From assembly GCA_030704615.1 (NCBI GenBank), contig CM060734.1, positions 27,714,001 to 27,778,000 on the forward strand: a stretch of DNA of 64,000 nucleotides, written 5' to 3'. This stretch comes from Takakia lepidozioides. Taxonomy: Eukaryota; Plantae; Bryophyta. Positions 26,131-38,984 of the stretch are shown here, piece after piece (positions within the stretch are counted from its first letter, which is position 1; each line of letters opens with the position of its first letter). Made by a program: the position numbers and the translations under genes. The notes beneath the pieces were generated by a model. The model was not told where the DNA came from. It searched no databases and saw only the letters and a list, made by a program, of their open reading frames with translations.

Positions 26131-28759
26131 GGTGGTGCGCGCAGCGACTGACCTCCCTGTCTCGCCCCCTCGCCCCACGGACGTTGGCTGGTTCTCTGGT
26201 CGCTGGCAGCTACCGTCCTCTTGCTCGGGTCTGGTACTCACTGCCTCTGCCACTGTGTTTTGTGATTCAGGGCTCGTGAGAGAAGACTACGCAGCTAGCG
26301 GCTACATTATTGTGTTTTCCTACTTTTTGTATTTCTACTTGTGTAGTGTGAAAAGAAGGGGCATAAATCCCCTTCTGAGAGTTAATTTCCAGACTGGTCA
26401 TAGACCAGCAGATCATGTGACTTCCCTAAAGCTCACACCTGCTGGTTCTTTCTATGACTAAACCCTATTTTATTTACTCTAATTCTATTTATGACTAGAG
26501 ACGTATACCCTTGTCCATGCCGCGGCGGAAGAGAAGACATGGACACGGCGTGAATTATCTTAGTAGTTGTTGTATTTCTTTTAGAGAGCAGATGACAACA
26601 TATGCTAGGGTGTTTCTTCCTGATACATCAACACACAGAGCACCATAGAGTCAGGTTAACCAGCACACATGAGGTTTGCCCACTTTCTAATGCTTGCACG
26701 GCACAATCCACAGGATAGACATCAGCTTTATTGTGAATTCACTACAACTACCTTGGTGCTTTTGCAGTCACTGGTCAGCTCAGGCAACTCGGGGTTTTTC
26801 CAGACATCATCTCACCATGAAATCCCCACCATTTCCTTTTACCAAGCAGCTCTCCATCACCTTCTCTCTGTTTTTCTCTTCTCACTGATGTGCAGTCTTG
26901 ACCATAAATCCTAAGTGATCAAGAACACAAAATACTGGAGGTTATCTGCAGTCAACTCATGGTGTTTCCTCTTACTCACGTCATGCTTCCCTCATTCCCA
27001 TTTTACTGAGCAACTCTACCATCCAACCCTTTTTCTCTTCTCACAGCAAATCAGCAACATATCTAACTACTAGTGCATTTTTACTGCATTCCAATGCAAA
27101 GTGCCAGAGTCAAATTATCTAGTTGGTGGCATCCTACAGAGATCATCATGTGAGTTTGGAGAATACACATTCTATGCCCCACACCAAGGCAGCCCCTTTC
27201 TCATTGTGTCAAGACACTGATATCCTACCATACTCACTCTTATGTTATGTTCTGATGTGAAGCATCAGTAAAATCATTCACTTCTCCACAAACAGAAATC
27301 AAAAACCTAATTCCAGCATATCAGGTCTCCAATCCCCTCTCTTTTATCATGACATCCAGAATCAGATATCACTCCAATTAACTGACTTAGCAGTTGCAGA
27401 CCAGCCTATCTATCATGGACGTATTCATCTCCCCAACCCCTAAAACCTAATGTCCTAAAGCAACAATCTTTCTTGTCATTCTATCAAGAGTCAAAGACAA
27501 AAATATGATACCTATCCCCTCTCTATCTTTTCTCTGCACCAGAGCTGATTACTAACAACACACCCTTCTAAAACCCTAGCGCAGCATTGAAGACTGACTC
27601 ACACTGCTGGTACCAAATCAGAGGAGGCAGAATCAATACTACATATTCCATAACTCCAGGACTACTGCATCTCCCTTCAATCAACATTCCAAGGGACAAT
27701 TGCATCATCTCACTTTCCCTCGACACATTCCTGGTTTGAAATCCATACTGCACTTCATTCCATTTTCAAAGGCCTATTCTCCTTATCAGGTTTGCGTGAG
27801 AGCTCTCTAGCTCTCTATCATCCTAGAACAAAATCACAAGTAGACGACGACCAGGTCATATCGCACTTAGCTGCTTTATACCATCCCTCAGGCGGTGGAG
27901 CTCTTACTGCCAGGATATTTCCCCACCTCCTTGTCTGCCATACCATGATGTCGACAGTCACCGTTTGCCCTCGGCGCATTCCAAAAACAGATGCCATCAA
28001 GTCATTGCGTATGCATCCTTCACCGCCCCCCATTGATTCAATGCCCAGCAGACCAGATATTTCCGCATCATCAACTCCATGACGGTACCGCAGCTTCTAG
28101 CCGAAGCACATATTCCAAGCTGCCTGCCCTGCTTACTCCCTTATCCCCTCTTATTACTGATTCTAACTTAGGCTTCAAGTAAAGTTCACAGTCAGCCCAA
28201 ACAGATTTGAACAGCCAGTCTCCAGATCTACAAGTACCCCTGCAGCCTTCCCTTCGACCTTCCTTATGCTAATTCCTCAAGTCGTGGCGCACAACTCCTC
28301 CACCGCCTTGTTCTATCCTCCAGCGAGCTATGTTTCCAAAAACCATCAACACTTTGACGGCATCGGACAACCTACTGCAGCAGCACAGTTTACCAAGCTG
28401 GGAGTCCTAACTCCCTTCTTATCCACTACATCACTACTGCTAAATCGAGCATCAGCCAGCCATCAGACAGATAACACCCGCATCTCTGCCAGCACTTCAC
28501 TCCACCGCGTTGCTCTCGACACCTCTGCATTTCTCCCTCCTTGATGCCCTAGGTTACGAACGCAGTGGATGATTTCCATCCTGCAACCCATCTGCATAAA
28601 AATCTTAATTTTCCACAGGACAAACAGAAAAAATAAAAAATAAAAATAAAAAATGATGGTAAACCCCCACACATTCACACTACATATGTAGTATGTCTCC
28701 ATTTTTAAGTGTCAGGGTCCTCCCTGACCATGTCTGCAGGCTGATCAACCACACTTGGC

Positions 28760-29910
28760 ATAAACACTTTCAAATCACGTCTGCTTCTTATCCACCCTTT
28801 TCCTGCTCCATCCTTGCTTGTAGCTGCATTCAGCTTCTCTTCCAGGATCATAAGGTACTCCCAAGAGATAAAGTTTGACCTCCCATCGGTTTTTGCTCCA
28901 AATCCTTTGGAGTTGTTTCCTCAGCGCATCATTTGTCACTCTCCTCACCTTTGCTCCAGCCTCCCATCAGACTGGAACACTAGGTTCAACTGGCATTTTG
29001 TTAATGAGGCCCTTTTTCTCATTCAAGCACCTTGCATGGCCAAGAAGGTCCACCATGCAGCCTGAGTGCTCCAATGTAGGAGTAAGGCCATGATCTTGAC
29101 TTAGTGAAACAAAGTAGCGCCCATCCTTAGCCACTAGGCCCTCATGGCTATAGGCACAGAGAACAAACATAAAGCTGACAATGCTCGGCTTCAAGCCTTC
29201 CTTCAGCATAGCTCCAAACAATTCCAGGGTCTCCCCACGACAACCATGCTGAGAATATCCAGCAATCATTGCATTACATGAGACCACATTCCGGTAAGCC
29301 ATGGTGTCAAGCACTTGATAGGCATTCCTTATGCTTCCATCGTTGGTATGTATGGCAAGAATGGCAGTCCCCAGAATGACATCTGGCGTGATCTGCACCT
29401 TGAAAATGTCTGCAGGGATATCTTCACCACTTTCCAGGGCTGGAAAGCTGGCACACGCATTTAGAACACAAGTGAACGAGATCTTATCAGGTTTCAACCC
29501 CTCTGGTCTCACTTGTTCGCAGATCTTCAAGGCCTCCTTACCAGATCCATGCTTGGCGTACCCTGCCATCATTATATTCCATGTAGACACATCTCATTCA
29601 GGCATATCATCAAACACTTGCCGTGCATCCCTGATGCTCCAACATTTGGCAAACCTGTCCACAAGGGCGTTGTTCAGATCGATATTTGGTACAATTCCAG
29701 CCCTCATGATGTCAGCATGGACCTGCCTGCCCCTTGCAAAAGATGCAAGGCTGGTGCACGCTTTGCAAACTGACATGAACATGACCTGGCCGGGCTTCAC
29801 ACTTTCCCACATCACTTGCTCATGCATCTCCAGAGCCTGCATTCCACAACCATGCTGGGCATATCCTGCCATCATCACATTTGATGACACCACATCTCGT
29901 TCAGCCAATT
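28760..29910 (-). pseudogene. PLS-class pentatricopeptide repeat (PPR, organellar RNA-editing factor-like) pseudogene with E-domain remnant
   Basis: P-L-S motifs (DVVSSNVMMAGYAQHG; NNALVDRFAKCWSIRDARQVFDDMPE*DVSTWNIMMAGYAKHG; CAYSHEGLV; EHSGCMVDLLGHAR; MPVEPS) with in-frame stops at 29594 and 28967. Confidence 0.88.
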
Positions 29911-30879
29911 CAAACGAGCAATCCCTTGTCATATCAGACCATGGGTGACTTGGTGAGTGCACCCACCAACATGGGTCAACACTGGCTTGGTCACAAGTTT
30001 GATCTGATTCTTCCTTCGAGCTGATTGAGCTGATCGCAGGGTGTACTTCAGGTCTGACCTGTCTACTTCCCAACTCCAGCATTGATTGTCCCCCCTTGCC
30101 TTCTTCTTGTACACACCATGTTCGTCGTTGGTGTTTTGATTTGGCATGGACCTGTTTTGATGTCATTTCGCCTTGTACCAAACAACAGGTCAGATCTGGT
30201 GTCTTCCTTTTCATCCCACGTGATCCATCGTTCCCAAAGTTTGCTGTTGAACCTTGGCATCTCAGGTCTTGCATCATGTGTACCATGACTGAAGCCTTTG
30301 AACTTGAAGTCAGCGGTTAATTCAGCCAGCTTCTGACCCTCATACTCTATCATAGCTGGGTGATCACAACCACTTTGAAGCTTAGAGTTTTGTAGTCTTG
30401 ATCTTCCTGGTTTGGGATAGCCAGCCTCTTTATCCCACATGATCTGTTGTGTTAGGATTTGCTTCCAAAACACAGAAACCATGTCTTGCATCAGCTTATC
30501 CCCGGATGGATTCCTGTCACCATGATGAAGAGTGATGGTGTCATCACCCCTTGGGCTGAATCCAAATTCCTCACCACGTAGACCAGCCTTACACACATGA
30601 TTGCCATCAACATACTTCATTTCCATCAGTCCTTGAAGGTCTGAGACATACAAAGGTACCTAGCTGCATCTTTGGTTCAGCCCCTCACCTAGATCAACAC
30701 TAGCTTCCACCAAGAAACATTGACTGAAGAGTTGTTTTCTGCAGTACACCCACACGAGCCACGCACAAAGGACAAATTCCTCCCACTTCTGGTTCAAGAA
30801 TGTTCGCACTGTGGCAGCAACTTGTCCCCATTTCACTCCCTTTGTGTCATGAGATCTGTCCATGTCATCCCTTCTTTCT

Positions 30880-31600
30880 TCACCAACAGCTATGCTTGCT
30901 GCAAAGCTGACTCTTCTATCTGCATATGGAGTGTTCCATGGCACTGACCTGCCCTCCTTTGAGAGGTGGTCTATTATCTGGAGCTCAGTCTGGATCAAAA
31001 CTCGCCCCGCAACGATTTATGCTTTCCTGTGGCAAGTAGTAAATAGAGTTCTCAAAGTAGGCGAATGGCTCTAGTTTTTGTGCATGCTGCTCTACTGCCG
31101 TGTAGGAATCCTTGGAGCACTGTCTGCTTCACTGTCAAGCACCATCCAAGATATGGCCACTAGTAAAAACCTTTTACCTCAAATGGAACCCAAAAACCCT
31201 CTCTGCAACTCACTTGCTACTAAACTACGACCAGAATACCAAGAATAGAGCAATGAGCTGTCAAGTCTTTGAAACCCTTAGAGGATCGACATTATGGCAC
31301 CTATGGAAGATCTGTTGTAAGAACACCTTCTCACGAAGCACCACTACGATATCTGCTCTCCTCTCCAGCATTTTTTACGATCTCCAAACTGAAGCTCGCA
31401 AAGCGTGGATTAAGACATGTGCACACATGGACCGAAATTCCGGGAGCGCAGCAGACATCCATGCAGCATTATGCAAGACTTGGGGTCACCTTGGTATCAT
31501 TTGCCATTCCCCCACGCAAAACGAGTGCTTCTAGACCGAGCTCCCGCCACCACCGTGGCGCGACCTTTAGTCCCCCTCCACACTTTCGCCGGAGTTTGAG
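30880..31600 (+). mobile_element. LINE ORF2 C-terminal fragment (zf-RVT-like)
   Basis: WSIIWSSVW..IYAFLWQVVNRVLKVGEWL, EHCLLHC, TLWHLWK. Confidence 0.72.
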
Positions 31601-31888
31601 CGAGATGTCAATTGGAAACATATCAAGCCCTCATCTAAAGCCTCGAGGCTTAATTACACTTAGATCTTCCTGATTTAGGAAAGGTCAAGAGAGAAGGTCA
31701 ATGATCTATTATTATTTCAAAGCATACCAAAGGTCAATGATCTGGTTATACTGGTCCATAAGTTTGGTAGAGGATCACTTACAAAATAAGTGGTCTTCCT
31801 TCTCGGGATCTGTCCCTTCATTTAGTTCCTTGAAAATCCACCTTTGGGAGGATGCATAGCTCTTAATACACTGATCACGGTGTGTGTC

Positions 31889-34464
31889 AGTTAAATCGCA
31901 TTTAAGCCTATTTAGACATTTTCGTAATAAAGAAATGCAGGAAAATAAATAATATCAGGAAAATCCAGAAAATACCTCCCGTGTGGGGGATCCAAAGATG
32001 CCCTTGGCACCTAGAAATAACCTTGGGAACCCCTTGGGAACCAAGTTATAACTTGGGAACATTCGGGGGCCGTTCCCTATGGCGGCCCTACCAGATGAAT
32101 GAATCTCGCTCAAAGTTCATCCCTGCCACTACATTCATTAGTCCAAAATATGCATGCTCAAATAATAAAATAATCAATGGTGGGTCCAAGCCAGATTACA
32201 CCCCTTTATATTACTTTAAGGGAGCTGGTGCGCTTTCCCTAGTTGGAAAAGGTCATCCCCTACTTTGGGCTCTGACACAATGGGTCACTGCAGCCTAAAT
32301 TTTAGGATAGAGTACTTTTGCTCCTCCCCTGTCTCTCAAGGTCTCAGCCTCTAGCTTGGAGCTCATTGATCCGCTCGGCTCCCTCTCTGATTCATACGGA
32401 AGCTCCTTCCAAAGGCTATGTCCTCCCCAAATCCTAGATTTTATCTACCATGGGAGCCCTGGTATATAGGCCCCTAACCCTTAAAGGGGTGCAAATTAAA
32501 ACAAATAGCTAAAGGTAAGAGTAACCCCCCTTAAAGAAATCGCAGTTGAGTTGCCCGCCGGGTAGATAGCCCCGCCACGTGGCAGGGCGTGGCTCCGTGC
32601 TAGGGACCGTTGCAGTTAAAGCCGGCGACCGCTGGTCTGCCAACAGTATTGTTTATCCAGCGGGTAAAAGACCCGCGCCCTGCTTACACGCTTCAGCGCC
32701 TCGTGCCTGGGCCACACATGGCTGGTGTACTTGATCTAAGTACGACTAAGGTCAGCGCTGGCCCGGGCCCATACGTCGCGGCAAGGCCACGGCTGCCTCC
32801 ACGCTTAAGTAATTGAGTACCTAGCTTCTAGGCGCAGCCCGGGCTCCTCCCGGGCTGCTCGCGGCTATGGGGCAGCTGCTATCAAGCAAATTTAGCCCGC
32901 CCAAACCCCAAAACAAAAAAAATAACAAACCCCCCTTCCCTAGGCCTCCCCGGCTTGCTTGGGGGGGGGACAAATTAGTATATAACAGGCCTGATAATTG
33001 GGAAACCCTAACTATTTACTTACCTCACGGCAGACACACCATTTATATAACGAGCCCTGAGCGCACGCGGTCAAGGTGACGGCATATTAGCTAAGAGGCG
33101 TGGTAAGTCGCAGTGTAGGTTGGGCTCACTGAACCGCCTACCCGACTGCGGTTAGTGCAAGGGGTCTGTTGTCGTAGATGGATGACAATCGTTAACTAAT
33201 TCCTACCCGCAAGACGGAGTGGAGTACTCTTTCTCACAGGGTGAGTTTGCGTTTTCTAAGTCCTACGGAACTACTACTTTGTCGGTTCAGTAATTGCCTT
33301 CCAAATCTTTTATTAGCTAAGTCCTACTGCCTTAGCCTCCGAGCCGCCTATAGCCGGGATGCATTTCAATCCTTTCACAAAACACCTACCAAGCCTATGG
33401 AGGAGAATAGTAATCACCCTCTCCCCTCCTTCTCCGGGTGCTTGAGTTCAAGTCACTCCGCTGGAAGGGCCAATCCTTCCATGCCTCGGTGCCCAATTAA
33501 TTTGTTTTAGCACAAGAGGGGGGCCATAACACCTATCACAATCCAATAGGTAAAAAGGGTCCAATAAGGTCACCCTAGGTGGCTTAGATTAATAAGTCCA
33601 ATAAGTTCAGTAAGTTCCCCTAAGTTCTATAAGTTAAATCGCATTTAAGCCTATTTAGACATTTTTGCAATAAAGAAATGCAGGAAAATAAATAATATCA
33701 GGAAAATCCAGAAAATACCTCCCGTGTGGGGGATCCAAAGATGCCCTTGGCACCTAGAAATAACCTTGGGAACCCCTTGGGAACCAAGTAATAACCTGGG
33801 AACACCCGGGGGCCATTCCCTGCCGGAGGGAACTGCCGCGGCCCTACCAGATGAATTAATCTCGTTCAAAGTTCATCCCTACCACTACATTCATTAGTCC
33901 AAAACATGCATGCTCAAATAATAAAATAATCAATGGTGGGTCCAAGCTAGATTATTACTTTAAGGGAGCTGGTGCGCTTTCCCTCATTGGAAAAGGTCAT
34001 CCCCTACCTTGGGCTCTGACACAATGGTCCCTGTAGCCTAAATTTTAGGATAGAGTACTTTTGCTCTTTCCCTGTCTCTCAAGGTTTGAGCCTCTAGCTC
34101 GGAGCTCATAGATCCGCTCAGCTCCCTCTCTGATTCATAAGGAAGCTCCTTCCAAAGGCTATGGCCTCCCCAAATCCTAGATTTTATCTACCATGGGAGC
34201 CCTAGTATATAGGCCCCTAACCCTTAAAGGGGTGCAAATTAAAACAAATAGCTAAGGGTAAGAGTGACCCCCCTAAAAGAAATCACAGTTGCGTTGCCTG
34301 CCGGGTAGACAGCCCCGCCACGTGGCGGGGCATGGCTCTGCACGAAGCGGTCCGCGCTAGGGACCGCTACAGTTAAAGCCGGCGACCGCCGGTCTGCCAA
34401 CAGTATTGTTTATCCAGCGGGTAAAAGACCCACGCCCTGCTTACACGCTTCGGCGCCTCGTGCC
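31889..34464. repeat. Two direct ~820 bp repeats (31889-32707, 33632-34464), probably truncated or nested LTR sequence
   Basis: Both begin agttaaatcgcatttaagcctatttagacatttt and end gcttacacgcttc.gcgcctcgtgcc. They are non-coding. An LTR-end-like GGGGGGCCATAACA ends at ~33531. Confidence 0.75.
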
Positions 34465-34733
34465 CGGTCCACTCTTGGGTACTCGTCTCTAGGTCCATAC
34501 CGGCCCTCCCTACTCATCCTCAAGTCGCCTTCTTCCACATGAACTTGCCCTTCTTCCTTCACAAAGGAAAATGGCTCAAAGAAGGGGGCGTCACCAAAAC
34601 CCGCATGAACAAGTCATGGGTTCTGCCATTTACAGGTGAGGTCATATACAAAGTATTTGGTGTCTAAGCTACGACAGACAGGCTATCGACCACTCGTGAG
34701 CATCCTACTCTGGCTTCCGTCTGTGGTGCTAAT

Positions 34734-36570
34734 GTGGTGAAAAGTGAGAGCATTGAGCTTTCTAGTGGCGACAGCGATGAATGTGTGGTTATTAGATCCA
34801 GTAGTGGAAGGCGGGAGAGCACTCCGGGAAAATCTGCTTCACCTCCACAGAAATTGCGCCGATGGGAGTTTATGGGCAACAACGCTAAATTCGCACAGCC
34901 CGCTCAATCTATACTGGATGTGCTGAAGCTTCTGCACCTAGACTCCAAATCGCAGCTTGGAAGGATAAATTTTGAAAATGTTGAAGCAAGGAAGGTGAGA
35001 TGCTTGCCGAGGATCGTTGACAGTGATGTTTTGTATGAGCTGCCGCCCACATCGAACACATCTCCAGCTGGGCAACTTGAGGGCATGGACCGCAAATACG
35101 GCGGGAATCCATGGACGGTCACAAAAACAACCAACATAAAGTTCCCGCTCATTGGTTCAAAAGGCGGCGCTGTGAGGTGATGTTTCCATTTTTAGTGGTG
35201 GACATTGTCATATGACTTTTTGTAGTCGGTGTAGACTTACATTGTTTGTCCACATAGTGCCACGATCGTAGTCGAGTACTAACCAACTTTCACATGGCAG
35301 ATATGTTTACTGTGTTGGAGCGTTGAGGTGCGTCCGGGGAACGTGCCCATTCTTCGTCAGGGAGGGAGCGCACATGAGATGCACTGGTTGGGGCACTCCA
35401 AGGTACAGTTGAAGCCATAGAGCCAAGTTCCGCCAAACACCTTTGTATGCACAATGTGCATTCATGCACCCACGTGCATGCATATTTGCCCCGCGAAAAT
35501 GTTTTACGTCCTTGGTCCACCAACAATGACAAGAGCAGCCATCCATGTTGGGAACCACTCACACCCCTCTGCACCTGGGCTGTGTCGGGAAGCAGCAGCA
35601 AAGGCAAAAAGTGCCATTGCAGAAGAGATCCAAAGGTCACCCTCAGCCAGGCCCAAATCAGTTCAGCTATCTGTTGCTGAATCTATCGTCATGGAGAAGG
35701 TGTTATCTCCTGGTGCAACGGAGAGTTGGAAGGTATCTGATGAGCAATTCGAGGAGCTCATGGAAGAAGTGGGTGCAGTGAGCAGATGTGGTGTTCGTTA
35801 CGAGACACAGAAGACAAAAGCGGCAATGGGGATTGGGAGCGATGTGGAAGCGTTAATGACAATGAAAAGTTGGAGTGGGTACGACTATATCCAGGGGAGC
35901 CGTTTTCCAGGTCAAGGGAGTGTGGACGAGAGATGCTTTGTCTTCAAGATGTCAACTGTTGGTAAAGGCCGTGGAGTCCATTTGGTGGACATGATGCGGG
36001 TCGGTGGTGAGCTGGGGTCGAGTTGGATTATGTTCGACAACGTCAAACGAATACACGGTTGGAGCACAATGGCGTGTCACGTGTACCATTCAAATTACCG
36101 CAAGATTATGACAATCGCAATCTGTGAAATGAAATCGGAGGATACAGCATCACAAGTGATTATGTGGGAGTGCATCAACGATCAGATGCGAAGAGCAGGG
36201 AAGGGCCAACCACATTTCCGAGGATTCATGGCCGACAATGCAAATGCCAACTGGGCTGCTGTGCGTATGGTGTATGGCGGAGGGGAACCTATGCCCGATC
36301 GAGAAAGGACATGTGGCTTCCATTGGGGCCAGAGCTTGGACAAATGGACGAAAAAATATATATTGCAGGACCTTCAAAAAACACATATACAGCTGTGTAC
36401 GAAATGGAGAGCAGCAAGTTCTGAGGCGGAAGCAGAGGTTTCGTTTGTGGCCATCCGTGCCTGGTGGTCCTCCTCCGGTGCCGTGCGAGATGATGACATT
36501 CCTGCGCTAGAAAACTGGCTGTCGTGGTGGACATACCGATACTACCAATTGGGAGCATATGTTCGCAATG
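34734..36570 (+). pseudogene. Mutator-like (MULE) DDE transposase with N-terminal GCM/WRKY-like zinc finger; spliced, frameshifted, 3' exon(s) missing
   Basis: PWTVTKTTNI..CVGALRC..CP..C..C.AKMFYV..IHVGNHSHP (GCM-like); WIMFDNVK (D1), FMADNANANWAAV (D2), TCGFHW (CxxH). Intron ~35177-35300; donor GTAAGT at 36570. Confidence 0.8.
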
Positions 36571-37036
36571 TAAGTCTTCGGTTTCTCCAAACACTGTATA
36601 TGCACTTCTGTGATGCCGCTCACGTGAGCGAACCTAGTGTCTTAGTCAGCACCGACCAGAGCATTACATCTCTGGAACGTGATGCATGCGTTAGGCTATA
36701 TTTCTACCAAGTGCGTTACTCACATGATCCTCCGCTCACATGAGCACGTCATAAGTTTAAGTAGAACGGTTTCCACTCGACGCTTTTATACATTGCCGAA
36801 TATGCAGAACTGACGTGATATGAAGTTAAACCATATAGTCTGCAACGACTATTGCACCCGTCATCCGTACATGCTCCTTTTACTGCATAATAGTTGCACC
36901 CACAGGGTACAAGTACCGTATAGTCTGCAACGACTATATGGGATTGATATATTTTCACAGACAGGTAATTCCACATGTGTTATATTAATTTGGTCACATT
37001 TGAGGGTAAATGAAAAAGGGGCATAGTCGGCAACGA

Positions 37037-37348
37037 CTATGCCACCGGGAAAGTAAAGCGGTTCATGCAGTTGGCTTGTACGTCCTCCTCCTCAACAACA
37101 AGAGAGAGAGGGTCCAGATTAAACCTTCCAAGTATTACTTTGTCAAGCAGGAACACCTGGTCTCCCTGTGCCTTCACCTTCACAAGATCGGAGGACGGTG
37201 GACATTGCAGCCTCACGAACCGTTCCATGTTCGGCTGCTTCAAGCCTGTGTCGCTGTCCGGGACTCCGACGTACAAACTGGAGTACTCTGCCGAATGTAC
37301 CCAGCGTATGAGCACTGGGGCAGATGAGGAGCACATGAGCTGTTGCAA
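37037..37348 (-). CDS. Possible exon of an uncharacterised element-borne gene
   Basis: A 103-aa open, protein-like frame bounded by palindrome-rich non-coding DNA; no recognised motif. Confidence 0.3.
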   Translation of the reverse strand: MQQLMCSSSAPVLIRWVHSAEYSSLYVGVPDSDTGLKQPNMERFVRLQCPPSSDLVKVKAQGDQVFLLDKVILGRFNLDPLSLVVEEEDVQANCMNRFTFPVA

Positions 37349-38984
37349 GCATGCAATGCAGTTTACGATTTCCTAACGAACTGTACGTCAACAACAGTAA
37401 GAAATAAATGCAAAAGGAATATTTAATGGATGTTAGGTCGGATGAAAACCGTCTGCTCAACAACTGGCGGCAGCACGTTCAGCTGGCAATGGCCATTTCG
37501 AAACAACCATTAACCTCCTCTTCATCTGAATTTGTTCTACGCGACAGGGGGATGCCTTATTGTCGTTGCCAACCACGCCTATTTGAAAGGCATGAACATT
37601 GTGAAATAGTTAGTGGGACAGGTTTTCTTCCGTAGTCGGTACCGACTTCATACAGTTGAAATAAATTCCGGCGACGGATCAGGCAGATTTACATAGAATT
37701 GGAAGACGAATCGGAGTAGTCGTTGGCGACTATACCAGTTATTGTTGAAGTCGGCCAACAGATCTGCCAAGGTCGCCGGAGATATTCATTTCATGTGGCT
37801 TTTTTGGCAAATTGGCTTGCGAACGGAATAGTCGGCAGCAACTATTGTTTAAATCGGCAACCGCTTTCCATTAATGCATTGTAGTCGCTGCCAACTTCCT
37901 TACGAATGCACAAATTTGCCTTCCAATTGATTTTTGGGCTTAAATGTGCTTGTAGTCGGGACCGACCTTCAGTTTTCCTTCAATGTGCACATTCGATTTG
38001 AAATATTGGAAGATACTCGGATGAAATTAAAAGCATTTCCCGCATTGTGAGGGTGTAGTCGGCGCCGACTATGGAAATTGGCGCATGTTGTGGCGGATTG
38101 CGCCGCATGGAGGCAGTCAATGAAATCCAAGTCGGCACCGACCTTATGGAATTATTGAAATTCGTAGAAATTTACAGAGTTAAAGACAGTGAACACATCC
38201 TCTTCAAAGGCATTATAGTGTATGGTCGGCGCCGACCAATTCTTGCGGAGGGCATTTCCCGACTGTGTGGTTGCCAATCGATCATTCACATCCGGAAATA
38301 TGCGCTCTCTGACTCATAATTTCTGCTCCTCCAGAAACTTCCACGACCCTGCAGAGGATATTAAGATTCGGGGATATGAAGTTCCGATATGGAGTTCGGA
38401 TATTAGAAGTTGATTATACCATTTAGGATGACGTTCTGCAAACCCGGACCCCCATTGCACCCAGAAGAGATTCGCGGATATTGACATTGACAGCGTTCGA
38501 GTCAACATAAATTCTACCATTCATGCCTCTTATATTTCTCATCCTAAACTATTTGGATGGAGTCTAGGCCACGTGTCGAAAATGACTGAGTCGTCTAGCG
38601 GCGCGGCAGGAGGCTATTTCTCAATTTTGGGGATGTGGTAGCCATCTCATATTCCTGACGTAGGTTTGGATGGAGTTCATTCGATGCACATTTAACATCC
38701 ACATCGGATGACAACGGATGTCGTGCTTCCATGGATGGGGGATTCGATTTTTCATCCGTTATTGCTATTTGAATTTTGGCGCGGGCCACGTGGCACATAG
38801 TCCGGTTACGGCGTGCAGCCGGCTGCGTGGCACTACCTCAATTTCGTAGGCATACGTTACGGCCCGCGTAGGACGGGTTCTCATCCCTTTCCGGGTTCGG
38901 CAGTGCATACGGTCATGCGGATTCTCCTCTGCAGTGCCCGACTCTTCGGCTTCCCTTTCTATTGAGCAGGGGAACATTGTCGTC

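Larger units (their letters stand above)
19305..26348. mobile_element. Probable CACTA-family remnant(s) with subterminal repeat arrays; boundaries uncertain
   Basis: CACTACAAC starts at 19305 and 19977; TGTAGTG ends at 20631 and 26348. Dense CACTAT/ATAGTG motifs at 19330-19950. Decayed minus-strand Cys/His-containing coding remnants at ~20850-22960. No matching 3-bp TSD found. Confidence 0.5.

Noticed and set aside
19305-26348. A single intact CACTA element
   Set aside because: Candidate ends match only over CACTACA and the flanking trinucleotides do not form a TSD, so it is kept as a low-confidence remnant.
24886-26461. ORFs up to 290 aa in the ORF track
   Set aside because: They are translations of the tandem array (repetitive peptides).
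29591-29596. PPR stop codon rescued by U-to-C RNA editing
   Set aside because: Such editing is organellar; this is a nuclear locus with many other degenerate residues and no proper N-terminus.
31889-34464. Penelope-like pseudo-LTRs with hammerhead ribozyme, or an intact TRIM
   Set aside because: I found no CTGANGA...GAAA core, PBS, TG..CA pair or TSD bounding the two repeats.
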